Shown piece after piece: positions 17,359-29,064 of a DNA stretch of 64,000 nt (position 1 is the first letter of the stretch; every line of letters starts with the position of its first letter). The translations under genes were made by a program, and so were the position numbers. The notes under the pieces were generated by a model that saw nothing but the letters and a program-made list of their open reading frames with translations, ran no database searches and was not told where the DNA came from. The stretch is from an uncultured Verrucomicrobiae bacterium (GTDB taxonomy: Bacteria; Verrucomicrobiota; Verrucomicrobiia; Limisphaerales; Palsa-1400): the NCBI GenBank assembly GCA_963707025.1, contig CAVPOM010000006.1, forward strand, positions 608,001 to 672,000. Direction: 5' to 3'.

Positions 17359-20054
17359 ATGCCGCTGATTTGTTTGAACTGCAAGCGCCTGCGGCCTGCC
17401 AGCCTGCTGATGCTGGCATGGCTGGTGGGTTCGGACCTCGCCCCGGCCCAAACCAATCGGACCTGGATCGGCTCCGTCAGCAGCGATTGGTTTAATGCCA
17501 CCAACTGGACGCCCGCCGGTGTCCCGGCGTCCAACGACGTCGTCAACTTCACCAACGGCACCCTCGCCCTGACCGCGCCGGTCACGATCAACGGCCAGTT
17601 TAACTGGACTGGGGGAACGTTGAGCGGGAATCCCTTGACGATTGCGACCAATGGGCTGATGACCGTCAGTGGCAGCGCCACCCTCTTCCTGGAGAATTCG
17701 CTGACCAACGCGGGGACGGTGGTGATGACCAACAGCGGCAGGCTGGAGGTGAGCTATGCCAGCGTTTTCGGCTATTTCGGGCTGATCGAGAACCTGCCGG
17801 GCGCGCTGTGGGACATCCAGAACGACCAGGTTATGACCCCTTACTACGCCGGTCCGGCCTATTTCCACAACGCCGGCATACTGCGCAAATCGGGCCAGTC
17901 CGGCGCGACCACGATCTACGTCCCCTTCAACAACTCCGGCAGTGTGACGGCGCTGCAGGGCATGCTGGATTTCAATGGCGGCGGGACGCTGGCCGGGACC
18001 TTCACTGCCAGCAATGCGGCCTCCATCCTTTTTTCCGGAGGCGAGTTCACCAACTCCGTGCCGGCCACTGTCAGCGGGCCGGGTGTCGTCCAGTCCTGGG
18101 GGACAATCTGACCCTGCTGACGGATGTGATACCGAATCTGCCGATGGTGAACGGCAATCTCATTCTGGGCCCGGGTTTCCAAGGCGGCACCATCACCGAT
18201 CTGACCCTGGCCGGGTCCACGCTCTTGAGCACCAACACCGTCACGGGCGCCTTCACCTGGAGCGCCGGCACACTGGCCGGTCCACTGAACATCGCCACCA
18301 ATGCGCTGCTGACCATCACTGGCAGTGCCACCCATTACATGGACAATCCGCTGACCAACGCGGGGACGGTGGTCATGACCAACAGCGGCGGCCTGATCGT
18401 GAGCTACTCCAGCGGTGCGGGCTATTTCGGTGTGATCGAGAACCTGCCGGGCGCGCTGTGGGACATCCAGAACGATCAGAGCATTTCCCCTTACTACCTC
18501 GGGCCGGCCTATTTCCACAACGCCGGCACTCTCCTCAAATCGGGCCACACCGGAACGACCACGATCTACGTCCCCTTCAACAACTCCGGCAGTGTGACGG
18601 CGCTGCAAGGCACGCTGGATTTCAATGGCGGCGGGACGCTGGCCGGAACCTTCACTGCCAGCAATGCGGCCTCCATCCTTTTTTCCGGAGGCGATTTCAC
18701 CAACTCCGTGCCGACGACGATGAGCGGGCCGGGTGTGGTGCGGTTGACGGGAGGCACTCTGACGCTGCTGACGGATGAGATAGCCAATTTGCCGCTGGTT
18801 AACGGCAACCTCATTCTGGGCCCCGGCTTCCAAGGCGGCACCATCACCAATCTGACCCTTTCCGGGTCCATGCTCGTGAGCACCAACACTGTCACGGGCG
18901 CCTTCACCTGGATGGCCGGCACGCTGGCCGCTCCCCTGACCATCGCGAGCAATGGGCTGCTGACTCTCGGCGGCAGCGCCACCCATTACCTGGAGAATAC
19001 GCTGACCAACGCTGGGACGGTGGTCATGACCAACAGCGGCGGCCTGGTCACGAGCTACCTCGCCTCTTTCGGCTATTTCGGGCTGATCGAGAACCTGCCG
19101 GGCGCGCTGTGGGACCTCCAGAACGACCAGAGCATCTATAACAACGAACTCGGTCCGGCCTATTTCCACAATGCCGGCACTCTCCTCAAATCGGGCCAGA
19201 CCGGCGCGACCACATTCTACATCCCCTTTACCAACTCCGGCACGGTGACGGTTCTAAAGGGGACGGTGGCGTGGAACGGCGGTTTTACTCCGGCGGGCGG
19301 CGAACTCCTTTTTGGTTTGAGCGGTCCGGCCAGCTTCGGGCAGATGAGTATTTCGGGCAATGCGACCCTGGGCGGCACTGTGGGCGTGATTTGGCTTAAT
19401 GGATTTGTGCCGGCCAGCGGCAATTCATTTCCCGTGCTCAACTACGGCTCGTACACCGGGATTTTTACCAATACAGATCTTCCCACCGCGGCTCTGTGGC
19501 AAACCAATTACGGCCCCACTACCTTTACCATCTCCGTCGCCACCATCAACAAGCTGGTCTTCACCACCGAACCAATGGGAGGGAAGCTGACCAATGAGGT
19601 CCTGGCGCCGGTGGTGGTGCAGGTCGAAGACCCCGCCGGCAACCCGGTGGCGACCAATGGCCTGGCGGTGACGCTTTCCTTGGCCAGCGGCAGCGGCCAA
19701 TTGAGCGGGACGCTGACTCAGAACACCGACCCCGCCGGCCAGGCCACCTTCAGCGATCTGAGCATTAGTCTGGTTGGGGCAAAAACACTTCGCGCTTCGT
19801 CACCGGAGTTGACGGCGGGGGCGAGCACGGTGTTTGGGATTGTGCCTCTAATCGGAACACTCTGGACGCGCAACGGTATCGAGCTGCAGTTAAATGGCAC
19901 GAACAGTCTGGGATCCACCATCATCTACGCTTCCACGGACCTGAGTTCCTGGACACCCATTTACACCAATGCGCCCACCAATGGCGTCATCACATTTCTC
20001 GATCCTGCTTCGACGAATTTCCCGCGGCGGTTTTATTACATCGAGCAGCCGTGA
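17359..20054 (+). CDS. Secreted Thr/Gly/Asn-rich beta-helix-like repeat surface protein, split by a 1-nt frameshift near 18094
   Basis: ORFs 17359..18111 and ~18095..20054 share a 217-aa repeat (LTNAGTVVMTNSG...ENLPGALWDIQNDQ...YFHNAG); ends in ASTDLSSW...FLDP...RRFYY. Confidence 0.8.
17560..19280 (+). repeat. Intragenic tandem repeat, 651-bp period, about 2.6 copies
   Basis: Anchor CTGACCAACGC(G/T)GGGACGGTGGT at 17701, 18351 and 19002 (spacings 650 and 651). Repeat ends are approximate. Confidence 0.85.
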
Positions 20055-20216
20055 CCACAGCGTTGACCTCCGGTCAAGCCGCCGCGAATTGTTGAAGCCG
20101 GCACCATGCCCGCCCCAATCATTCGCCCTCGCCTCGGCCCACCATGAGGCGATCAAGCTGCGCAAGCGGCTCATACTCCGGCCCTTGCCAAAACCCGCAT
20201 TTTTCCGCATTTTTCG

Positions 20217-20244
20217 TTGACAAAACTGCCTTAAATGCTAAAAT
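20217..20244 (+). promoter_or_regulatory. Sigma70-type promoter
   Basis: TTGACA, 16-nt spacer ending in TGc, then TAAAAT; about 285 nt upstream of the 20529 CDS. Confidence 0.65.
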
Positions 20245-20528
20245 GCGAGCGGTGAGGATGGGCAAGGCAACAGTGGAATCAGACGGCGACGGGACCAAGA
20301 CGGGCTTCCCCCATTTATCCCATGCCACTTGCCGCGCCGCCCCGCCAACTCCCGCCGCTGCATCGTCCGGCGGCTGCTCCCAATTCCGCTAAAGTCCCGC
20401 CCCAAAGCGTCCGTTGATAATGGGAGGAAGCGCGCTTGGGCGCGATTGGCTGTTTCCACAACCGCCGGTTTGCGCCGGCGGGCTGTCCTGCTTTGTCGCA
20501 GCGCAGAGCAAAGGCAGGGGCCTGTCAA

Positions 20529-22247
20529 ATGAAGAGTTTATATGCATGCAAATTCTGCCTGGCGCTGGCGGCTGTGCTTTCGATGACCGTCCGCGACGCG
20601 CCCGCTGCCAACATCGTGGCGTTATATACCTTCACCAATACACTGCCGGGCGGCGTGGATGGCGGCACTCCGTTGGGGGGTCTGATTCAGGCCGGCAACG
20701 GGGTTCTTTACGGAACCACCGCCAACGGGGGGAGCAACAATGGGTACGGGACGCTTTTCAAGATCACGACCAACGGCGTTTTCACCCCTTTGTACACGTT
20801 CAACGGCCTTGCCAGCGATGGCAGCACACCCTGCGCCGGCCTGTTGCAAGGGACCAACGGCAACTTTTATGGCGCCGCTTCCCAGGGTGGATCCAACGGT
20901 TATGGATCGGTCTTCAAACTCACTTCCGCCGGCGCGTTCACCGAGTTGTACGGCTTCACGCGGATACGCGGCATCAACCTGACCAATGCCGATGGCGCAA
21001 ATCCCGCCGCGCCTTTGGTCCAGGGAACCAACGGCAATTTTTACGACACCGGCCCGCAGGGCGGGACCAACGGCAATGGGGCGATCTTCGAGATCACGGC
21101 CGCCGGCGCGTTGAGCAGGCTGCATTCCTTCACCAACGCCGCGGAAGGCCAGAATCCGGGCGCGCTGTTGCAAAGCGCCAATGGTTTGATTTACGGAACG
21201 ACGACCAACGGCGGGAGCAACGGCTGCGGGACGATCTTCAAGATGACCTCCAGCGGAGTATTGACACCTCTCTACTCGTTCACCAACGGCGTGGACGGGG
21301 CGCATCCCGGACCCGCCTTGGTGCAAGCCACCAACGGAGTTCTTTACGGGACAGCCTGCGCCGGCGGCGCCAACGGTTGCGGCACGATTTTTCAAATCAC
21401 CACCAACGGAGCTTTCACGCCCTTGTATTCCTTTGCGCCCAACGGGCAGGCGGGACCGGGACTGGCCACCAATGCTGACGGACTCTATCCCGGCAGCCTG
21501 GTGCAAGGCACGGGTGGAACCTTCTATGGCTTCGCCCAGTTCGGAGGATTGAACGGCACCGGAACCTTGTTCCAGTTCAGTACGTCCGGGGGTCTGACCG
21601 TGCTCTATACGTTCCCGGTCGGATCACTGGGCATGAACGGCGTGACGAACCTCGAGGGCGCCGATCCTGCCGGCATCGTGCTGGACACCAATGGGACAAT
21701 CTATGGGACCACGCGGACGGGCGGGGCCAATGGTTTTGGCACCGTCTTCCAAATGGGGTTGCCGCCGCAGATCCTCAGCCAGCCGGCCAATCTTTTCCTG
21801 GCCTTGGGCAGCACGGCCAAGTTTGCCATGACCGCGTCGGTCCCGGCTTGCCAGTGGCAATTCAGCGGCGCCGACATTCCGAATGCCACCAACCTGACCG
21901 TGACCAATTTCAACATTCAAATTTCCAATGCCGGCCCCTACCAGGCAGTGCTGTGCAATGCGTTCGGGTCGGTGACCAGTGCGGTGGCCTGCCTGAACAT
22001 TACCAATGTGCCCGTTTCTTTTGCGACCGGCGCGGGAGCCATGCAATCTGGCGGGGGCCAGTGCAGCCTTTTGCTCACCAACTTGACAGGGCAGGGGACG
22101 GTGGTGGTAGATGCCTCTGCCGATTTGAAGGCCTGGATACCGATCCTGACCAACCCGCCGGCTTTTGGCCAATGGCCCTGCACGGATTGGGCCGCGGGAG
22201 GGTGTTCGAACCGATTCTATCGCGCCCGCGTCATCCCGGCACCCTGA
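20529..22247 (+). CDS. Secreted GloVer (Gloeo_Verruco) repeat protein with Ig-like and C-terminal domains
   Basis: Signal peptide; about 7 repeats of LxQxxNGxLYGTxxxGGxNGxGTxFxITxxGxxTxLYxF; PPQILSQP Ig domain; terminal ASADLKAW...NRFYRA. Confidence 0.85.
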   Translation: MKSLYACKFCLALAAVLSMTVRDAPAANIVALYTFTNTLPGGVDGGTPLGGLIQAGNGVLYGTTANGGSNNGYGTLFKITTNGVFTPLYTFNGLASDGSTPCAGLLQGTNGNFYGAASQGGSNGYGSVFKLTSAGAFTELYGFTRIRGINLTNADGANPAAPLVQGTNGNFYDTGPQGGTNGNGAIFEITAAGALSRLHSFTNAAEGQNPGALLQSANGLIYGTTTNGGSNGCGTIFKMTSSGVLTPLYSFTNGVDGAHPGPALVQATNGVLYGTACAGGANGCGTIFQITTNGAFTPLYSFAPNGQAGPGLATNADGLYPGSLVQGTGGTFYGFAQFGGLNGTGTLFQFSTSGGLTVLYTFPVGSLGMNGVTNLEGADPAGIVLDTNGTIYGTTRTGGANGFGTVFQMGLPPQILSQPANLFLALGSTAKFAMTASVPACQWQFSGADIPNATNLTVTNFNIQISNAGPYQAVLCNAFGSVTSAVACLNITNVPVSFATGAGAMQSGGGQCSLLLTNLTGQGTVVVDASADLKAWIPILTNPPAFGQWPCTDWAAGGCSNRFYRARVIPAP

Positions 22248-22556
22248 AAGGCGCCGCCCGGCGGAAGCGGGGCGCCGCCTTAAGCCGGGTAGGGTATTTG
22301 CCTACCAACGATATCGGAAACTCCCTTGCAGACAAAACTTTGCAAGAGAGTAGGCTGGAGACGCAGTAGAGTTAGTTTTCATGGGGCGCCCCGGGTGGGG
22401 CGCCTTTCTTTGTGCCCTGAGTCGCGGTGAAATTTCTCTTTGCCCGCCTTGACGGGTGATCCTGTGGCGGCCGGCTGGCTGGCCGCGCCGGTTGGTTCGG
22501 CCACAGCCTGACCGGCGGAAGAGGTTTGGCGGCGGCGGAAGCCGGGCCGAGGCGGA

Positions 22557-23867
22557 TCAATTGGTTTGCGCCTGGGACACAGTCAAGAAGTTTTCCACCT
22601 GGTCCATCACCACCGTGTCGTTGAATTTCTCCAAGACCTCGGCCTGGGCGGTTTCGGCCATTTGACAGCGGAGGGCAGGGGAGACTTGCAGTTCCTGCAT
22701 GCGGGCGGCCAATTGAGTGGCATCGCCGGGCGGATAGGTCAGGGCGTTCTCGCCGTGATGCAACAATTCCTCCGCCCCGCCAGCGGTCGAGCCGATGACG
22801 GGCAACCCGCAGGCCATGGCTTCCAAGGGAGTGAGCGGGAACGGCTCGGCCCATTCCGGGGTGTGCAGCAGGACGTCATGCCGTTTATAGACCGCCGTCA
22901 TATCCATGTTCAAACTTGAGGCCGGCAGAAATTCCACCGGCAACTGGTTGCTCACCACAAAGGAGCGCAGCGTGGCGACATAACTGGATTCGCCGCGGCC
23001 GTAAATATGAAAGGTGACATTGAGCCTGGCGGCGCGGGCGAGCTTGAGCGCCTGGAGGGCCGTCAGCACGCCGCTTTCCTCGTTCAAGCGGCTGACGATG
23101 AGGAATTTCTTCATGGGAGCGCCGGCCGGCTTGATCTGGCCGACAAAGGCCCCGGTAATGCCGGGATAGATCACCTCGGTGTGACTGACGGCGAAGCCCG
23201 CCCGCCCGGTCAGTTGCTTGAGCGCCTGGCTGCAAAAGTACATCCGGTCGAAGCGAAAGGCGGTGATGGAATCGGGGGCCACGGCGGCGCGGGCTTGGGC
23301 ATCTCCGTAGAGAGCCGGGATGCGGTCGTAACCTTTCATCATGCGGGTGGGCGCGGTCGAATCCAGCCGGCCCCGTTCGCCGCTCATCTCCAGGGCGGCG
23401 CGCCCGGATTGTTCGAGGAAGGGGAGGGAGGGCGCGTTCCAATAGCGCAGCCAGGGATCCTCCCGGACGCCGGTGGAGAGCCAGTGATCAGCAACGGCAT
23501 AAGCCACCGGCACCCGCGCATTGCGCAGAGTGAAAATCAGCGACTTGGAGAGCCTGTGGAGGCTGAAGACATGGACAATCTCCGGTTGAAACGCCGTGAT
23601 GGTTTCCAACAGCATCTGCGAGTTGTGAATCTCCTGCGCCCGGAGCGGCAGGATGGCGGTGACTTTGGGCGCATCGTAAGCGCCATTGAGGAGCAAACAG
23701 CGGTGGATCTCCCCGTCGCGTTGTTCGCCGCGCAGCCCCTGGGTGGAGGTCAGCACCAGGACGGTGTGGCCGCGCGTGCGCAAGGCCTGGACCACGCTTT
23801 GGCAATGAGTGTCAAACGTGCCCGCGTGATGCGGCGGGTACAAATTGGTCAGCGCCAGGATCTTCAC
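22557..23867 (-). CDS. GT4-family glycosyltransferase
   Basis: KILALTNLYPPHHAG N-terminus and EPFPLTPLEAMACGLPVIGS (ExE-type motif); probable GTG start. Confidence 0.88.
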   Translation of the reverse strand: MKILALTNLYPPHHAGTFDTHCQSVVQALRTRGHTVLVLTSTQGLRGEQRDGEIHRCLLLNGAYDAPKVTAILPLRAQEIHNSQMLLETITAFQPEIVHVFSLHRLSKSLIFTLRNARVPVAYAVADHWLSTGVREDPWLRYWNAPSLPFLEQSGRAALEMSGERGRLDSTAPTRMMKGYDRIPALYGDAQARAAVAPDSITAFRFDRMYFCSQALKQLTGRAGFAVSHTEVIYPGITGAFVGQIKPAGAPMKKFLIVSRLNEESGVLTALQALKLARAARLNVTFHIYGRGESSYVATLRSFVVSNQLPVEFLPASSLNMDMTAVYKRHDVLLHTPEWAEPFPLTPLEAMACGLPVIGSTAGGAEELLHHGENALTYPPGDATQLAARMQELQVSPALRCQMAETAQAEVLEKFNDTVVMDQVENFLTVSQAQTN

Positions 23868-23939
23868 GTCAGCAGCAGGGTGCAAAATGCCGGCGCAAGA
23901 GTAAATGAAGAATGCAGCCAACCGGCGGTGCAGGGCGAG

Positions 23940-25330
23940 CTAGAACCCAACGTCCTCTCCCTTGGGCTTCAAACTGATGAGGTAGGCCACCATATCGTCC
24001 AGTTCGGCGTCCTTGATGACGGCGCCCCAGGCGGGCATGTAGAGGGGCGGCGGCGGGCGTTTTGGGTCAAGCGCGGGAATTTCGCGCTGGCCTTTCAGGA
24101 TGCGGTTTTTCAACTCCGCTTTCGTGTAGCCCTCGGCGACGCGAATCAAGCCCGGCACTTGTTCGGCGGTTTTGGCGTTCGGATTGGGCACGCCACCCTT
24201 GGCCTCGGCGCCGTGGCAGCCGGCGCAACCGTATTTGCGGTAGGTTTCGCGGCCGCGCTCCGCCGGATCCATCAACGAGGGCAAGCTGGACGCCAGGTTG
24301 CGTTCCCGCAGGTGCAGGAGAAACTCCGTCAGCGCGCGGGCTTCGGTTTCGGTGAAGCCAAATCTGGGCATGACCGAGCCGGGGGTGACGCTCTGGGGAT
24401 CGCGGAAATGCTGCAACATCCACTCCGGCGAGCGGCGCAGGCCCACATCGTCCAGCACCGGACCGACCTTGCCGCCCTGGCCGGCCGACGGTGTGGCAGC
24501 CAATGCAACCCTTTTGCTGGAATAAACGCTGGCCTTCGTCGGCGCTGGGGATGACTTTCATGGAAGCGTAATAGCCCGGCGCCGCTTCGCCGGTCAGGCT
24601 CAACATGAACAAAACAATCGCTTCGAGGTTCGTCTCGGAAAATTTCTGTGGCGGCATGGCGGAGCCGGGCGTGACGGCGGCGGGTGCCAGGAAATGTTTC
24701 TTCAGCCATTCCGGCGCGCGCCGCGTTCCGACCTTGTCGAGTTCCGGCCCGATGTTGCCGCCCGCGCCGCCGAGTTTGTGGCAGCCGCGGCAACCACTCG
24801 CCTCAAAGAGCTGCTGGCCCTGTGCCAGTTCCGGTGCGGCCGGATTGTCGGCCGCCTGGTGGCACTGGCCGCAGGAGGCCTGGATGTATTGCAACGGCAG
24901 CATGGGCTGATCCCAATGCGGCCACCGCGCCATGAGCGTCCGCCGTGGTGGTGGCGCGGCCCTGGCCGCGATGGCAGATGGTGCAGCCGAATTTTTCAAA
25001 GGGGTGCTGCTCGTGCTGGGGATGGTAGGCCAGGGGTTGCGGGTAGCCGCCGTAGCTGGGGTCTTCCACCGCCAGATGGCAGGTCGTGCAGCGATCCACC
25101 CGGTTGAGTTCCGGCAGGAGAATTTGCCGGACTTCGACCGGCGTGCTCTCGGCGATGGCTTTTTGCTGCGGTGTGACGGCCCGGCGAATTTCTTCCTGCA
25201 CGAATTTGCGCTGGTAATCCTTCCATTCGCGATACTCGTCCTTGTAGTAGCCCAGGACGACCAGTCCGCCGACCAGCAAGCCCAGGAAGGTGAACCATCC
25301 GTAAAACCTGAGCATGGCGCCGTGGTTCAT
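23940..25330 (-). CDS. Membrane-anchored hexaheme cytochrome c (2 frameshifts, ~24930 and ~24485)
   Basis: Stitching three ORFs gives an N-terminal TM and six CxxCH motifs (CTTCH, CTICH, CGQCH, CRGCH, CIGCH, CAGCH). Length is 3n+2, consistent with two single-base insertions. Confidence 0.82.
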
Positions 25331-25331
25331 G

Positions 25332-26623
25332 TCAGCGGCCTTCCGTCATGGCGGGCGGTTGCCGCCAAGGCTCTACCCAGCCCCAATTCGGTCCGCGGAA
25401 AAAGGTGCCGATGACGGTAAAGACAATGGCGGCCAGCAGGCAGATCGTGAAGATCGTGTTGGCCACCACCCGCTCGCGGGCAAACCAGCGGCCCACCCCC
25501 GCCCGTTGGCGGTCCAGGTAAGGCAGCAGCAGCAGCGCCGTCACCAGCAAGCCCGGGACGACCACCCCGCCCCAGAAGGCGGAATAGCTGACCAGTTCCT
25601 GCAGGCCGAGAAAGTACCACGGCGCCTTGGCCGGATTGGGCGGATGGATCGGGTTGGCAAATTCCTCCAGCGGCGCATTCCAAAAAATCGCCAGGAACAA
25701 CACCACCGCCGTCACCAGCAGGAACAGCAGAATCTCGCGAAAGACCAGATGCGGCCACGAGAACACTTCGTCCTCCGGGTTCTTGCCCACCTGCGGGGTG
25801 GTGCCGCGTGCCAGTTCCATCAGCCCGTAGCTCTTGTTCGTCGGCAACTGGCCGGTCGGAATTTGCTGCGACGACCTCGTCCGCTTCGTCCGGCCGCGAC
25901 AACCCGCCGTCCTTGCGCACGCGCCACAAATGAACCGCCACCATCAATACAGCCAGCGTCGGCAGCACGATCACATGCAGCGCGTAAAACCGGGTCAGCG
26001 CCTCCTGCCCGACCACGTTGCCGCCGAGCAAAACGATATTTCAGCTTCAGCCCGATGACCGGGGCGTAGCCGGCGATGTTCGTGCCGACGGTGATCGCCC
26101 AGAACGCCAGTTGATCCCACGGCAGCAGGTAACCCGTGAAACTCAGGCCCAGCGTCAGCAGAAAGAGTCCGACGCCGATGACCCAGTTGAATTCGCGCGG
26201 CCGTTTGTAAGCGCCGGTGTAAAAGACGCGGCACATGTGCAGCAGCACGAACAGCACCATCAGGTGCGCGGCCCAGCGATGCATGTTGCGGACGAGCAAT
26301 CCGGCGGAGACCACAAACTGCAAATCCTTCATGGTGTTGTAGGCGCTGGCGGTGCTCGGCACGTAATAAAACATCAGCAGCACGCCGGTGCCGATGAGGA
26401 TGAGGAACAGGTAGAGCGAAATCAGTCCCAGTCCGAGCGAGTAACCGGCCTTGAGGGAATGTTGGTGGACCTTGGCCGGCTGGAGGTGCAGCAGGAAACT
26501 GGAGGTCATGGCCTGCGACCGCTCCAGATTGCTCTGGGGCAGGCCGACGCGGAAGATGGAGCGGCCCACGCGCGTGCGCGCCAGTTTTTGCCAGAGGCGG
26601 GTGAGGAGGGGCGCGTTCATCAT
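25332..26623 (-). CDS. Cytochrome b of a Rieske/cytb complex, b6-like part apparently fused to subunit IV (2 frameshifts, ~26035 and ~25870)
   Basis: [12 protein letters not shown]...[32 protein letters not shown]...VHLW, then [15 protein letters not shown]. Confidence 0.85.
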
Positions 26624-27112
26624 CAAGCTTTGGTCGGCAGAACCAGGTATTTGTCGGCGGCGACCGTGCTGATTTTTGTCCACCAGCAGCCGGTTGTCCT
26701 TGCTCAGCGTCACCTGAAACCAGGCCAGAGCGCGGGGCGCCGGCCCGCTTTTCACGCTGCCCTGGTCGTCAAAAACGCTGCCGTGACACGGGCAGTGATA
26801 GCCTTTTTCAGCGCGGTTGACCGTGCAGCCCAGGTGGGTGCAATTGGCCGAGAGGCAGCGGTAAGTGTTGCCCTGGCGAACCAGAAAAACCCGTTCCTCC
26901 TCCAGAAACGTCACCGAGCCATCGGGAAAATCATCCGGCTTGCCGGCCTTGAAAACCTGGCTCGGCTCGAAGAGCACGTTCGGCACCAGAAACCGCACCG
27001 CGCCGGCGGCGGACAGGGCCATGGCGAAGGTGCCGGCCAGCCAGCCGAGGGTGAGCTGGAAAAATCCGCGGCGCGAAACGCCGTTTTGGCCTGGGGGCGT
27101 GGCAGGGTTCAT
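26623..27112 (-). CDS. Rieske 2Fe-2S protein with Tat signal (1 frameshift, ~26670)
   Basis: SRRGFF Tat motif, [22 protein letters not shown]. Removing one base gives ...[13 protein letters not shown] with a TGATG overlap into cytochrome b. Confidence 0.88.
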
Positions 27113-29038
27113 CAGGCGGGCACAAGTTCGACTCGTTCCATCGTGATCGCGCCCGTCGGACAACGCACCGCGCACAGGCCGCACCGGATGCACCGGGTTT
27201 CGTCCTTGATGATCGCCGCCTTGTTCGCCCGGGAGCGGGCACGCGGCCGTAACGGGCGAGAAAGGCCGCCTGCAAATTCTCGTTGCCGCGCAAATGGGCG
27301 GCATCCACCAGGCGCAGGCAATACTCCGGGCAAACGTCCGCGCAGCCGCCGCACAGAATGCACTCGTCGCCGTTGAACACCGGGCCAACGTGGCATTTGA
27401 GGCAGCGATCCGCCTGGCGGCGCGCGGCGGCTTCCGGATAAGTTTTTTCCACTTCGGCGATCCCGATGCGGCGATCCATCGGCAGCGTCGGCGGGGCCTG
27501 CCGCGCGAATTTTTCGTAATCCGGCTTCATCCGGTATTGCTGGGTGTTGAAAATGGTCACGCGGGCCTGCTGGGGTTCGGCGGGCACCGTGCCGGTGAGA
27601 AATTTGGCGATGGATTTGGCCGCGCGCTTGCCTTCGGCCACCGCGGTGATGATGATGCGCGGGCCAAACGCCACGTCGCCACCGGCGAAAACATCGGGCC
27701 GTGATGTGGCCATGGTCAGCGGATCGGTTTGCAGCGTGCCGCGCGGCGTCAGCTTCAAATTGTCGTGCGGGCTGGATCCACGCCAGATCGGCCGCCTGGC
27801 CGATGGCCAGCACCACGGTGTCGCAGTCCACCGTTTCCTCGCTGCCTTCGATGAACTGCGGGTTGAAACGGCGGTTCTCGTCGAACACCCGGCTGGCCTG
27901 GATGAGTTCGATGCCGGTGACTTTGCCGTTCAGACCGAGAATCCGTTTCGGGCCGAAGCGGGTGTGCAGTTGGATGCCTTCTTGTTCGGCTTCCTCGATT
28001 TCCTCGCGGGCCGCCGGGATTTCGTCCAGGCTTTCCAGGCAATACATGTGGACCTCCGGCACGCCGCTTGCGGATGGCTTCACGCGCCACGTCCAGCGCC
28101 AGCCGCACTTCATCGGGCGCTTCCGGTCCTTGGCGGTCAATTCTTCCAGCGCGGCGGCGGCCTGATGCAAGGCGACGCGCAATTCGGCTTCGCTCATGCC
28201 GGCGAACTTCTCGGCCTGGCGCACGACCGAGCGCGCCACGTCGAAGGCCACATTGCCGCCGCCGATGACCACGACTTTGCGGCCGAGGGAAACCCGAAAA
28301 CCGAGGTTGACATTGAGGAGAAATTCGATGGCGCGCAGCACCCCGTCGTTTTGCACGCCTTCGATGGAAAGCTCGCGGCTCTTGTGGGCGCCGATGCCCA
28401 GGAAGATGGCTTCGTAGCCCTGTGCTTCAGATCGGCCAGCAAGAAATCCCGGCCCAGCCGGCGAATTCAGGCGAATCTCCACCCCCAGGGATTCGATGGC
28501 CCCGATCTCGGCGCGGATGATGTCCCGGGGCAGCCGGTATTCGGGCACGCCCAGCACCAGCATGCCCCCCGCGACGTTGTGCGCCTCGAAGACCGTCGGC
28601 GAAAAACCCATCAGGGCCAGTTCATGCGCGCAGGACAAGCCCGGCCGGGCCGGCGCCGATGACCGCGATCTTGCGTCCGCCGCCGGCCCGTTCGCGTCGC
28701 GCGTCGCGCAGTTGGGGATAAACGCGGCCCAGATCAAAGTCGTCGGACTCGACACCGAACTTTTCGCAGACGAAACGTTTCAAGGCACGAATGGAAACGG
28801 CGGCGTCCAGCGCGCCGCGACGGCATTTGGCCTCGCAGGGCGCGGCGCAAACCCGGCCGCAGATCGAGGCGAACGGGTTGGGGGTGCGGGCGATGACGTA
28901 GGCGTCATCATAACGGCCCTCCGCAATGGCCTGCACGTAGCCGCCAGAGTCCGTGCGCACCGGGCAGCCCTCGCGGCAGAGCACCTGCCGGGAGAAATAA
29001 TTCACGTCCGGCAGTTCGACTGAATAGGTCGTGGGCAT
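27112..29038 (-). CDS. GltD/NfnB/DsrL-like Fe-S flavoprotein NAD(P)H oxidoreductase with C-terminal 2x[4Fe-4S] domain (at least 7 indels)
   Basis: CREGCP...[56 protein letters not shown] and [12 protein letters not shown] are spread across frames. Confidence 0.85.
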
Positions 29039-29064
29039 TTTCAGCCGTTCGGTTGGCTGGCGAA

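Noticed and set aside
17560..21760. Repeats as a CRISPR array or DGR template/variable pair
   Set aside because: They are in-frame protein repeats without a spacer structure; no cas or reverse transcriptase gene is in the window.
25820..27388. Apparent Rieske-cytochrome b fusion (522-aa ORF)
   Set aside because: Caused by one extra base near 26670; correcting it restores a Rieske stop overlapping the cyt b ATG.
27390..27410. CLKCH as a heme c site in the flavoprotein
   Set aside because: The protein has no signal peptide, and this matches the RCLxC Fe-S-associated motif of GltD/DsrL-like C-termini.
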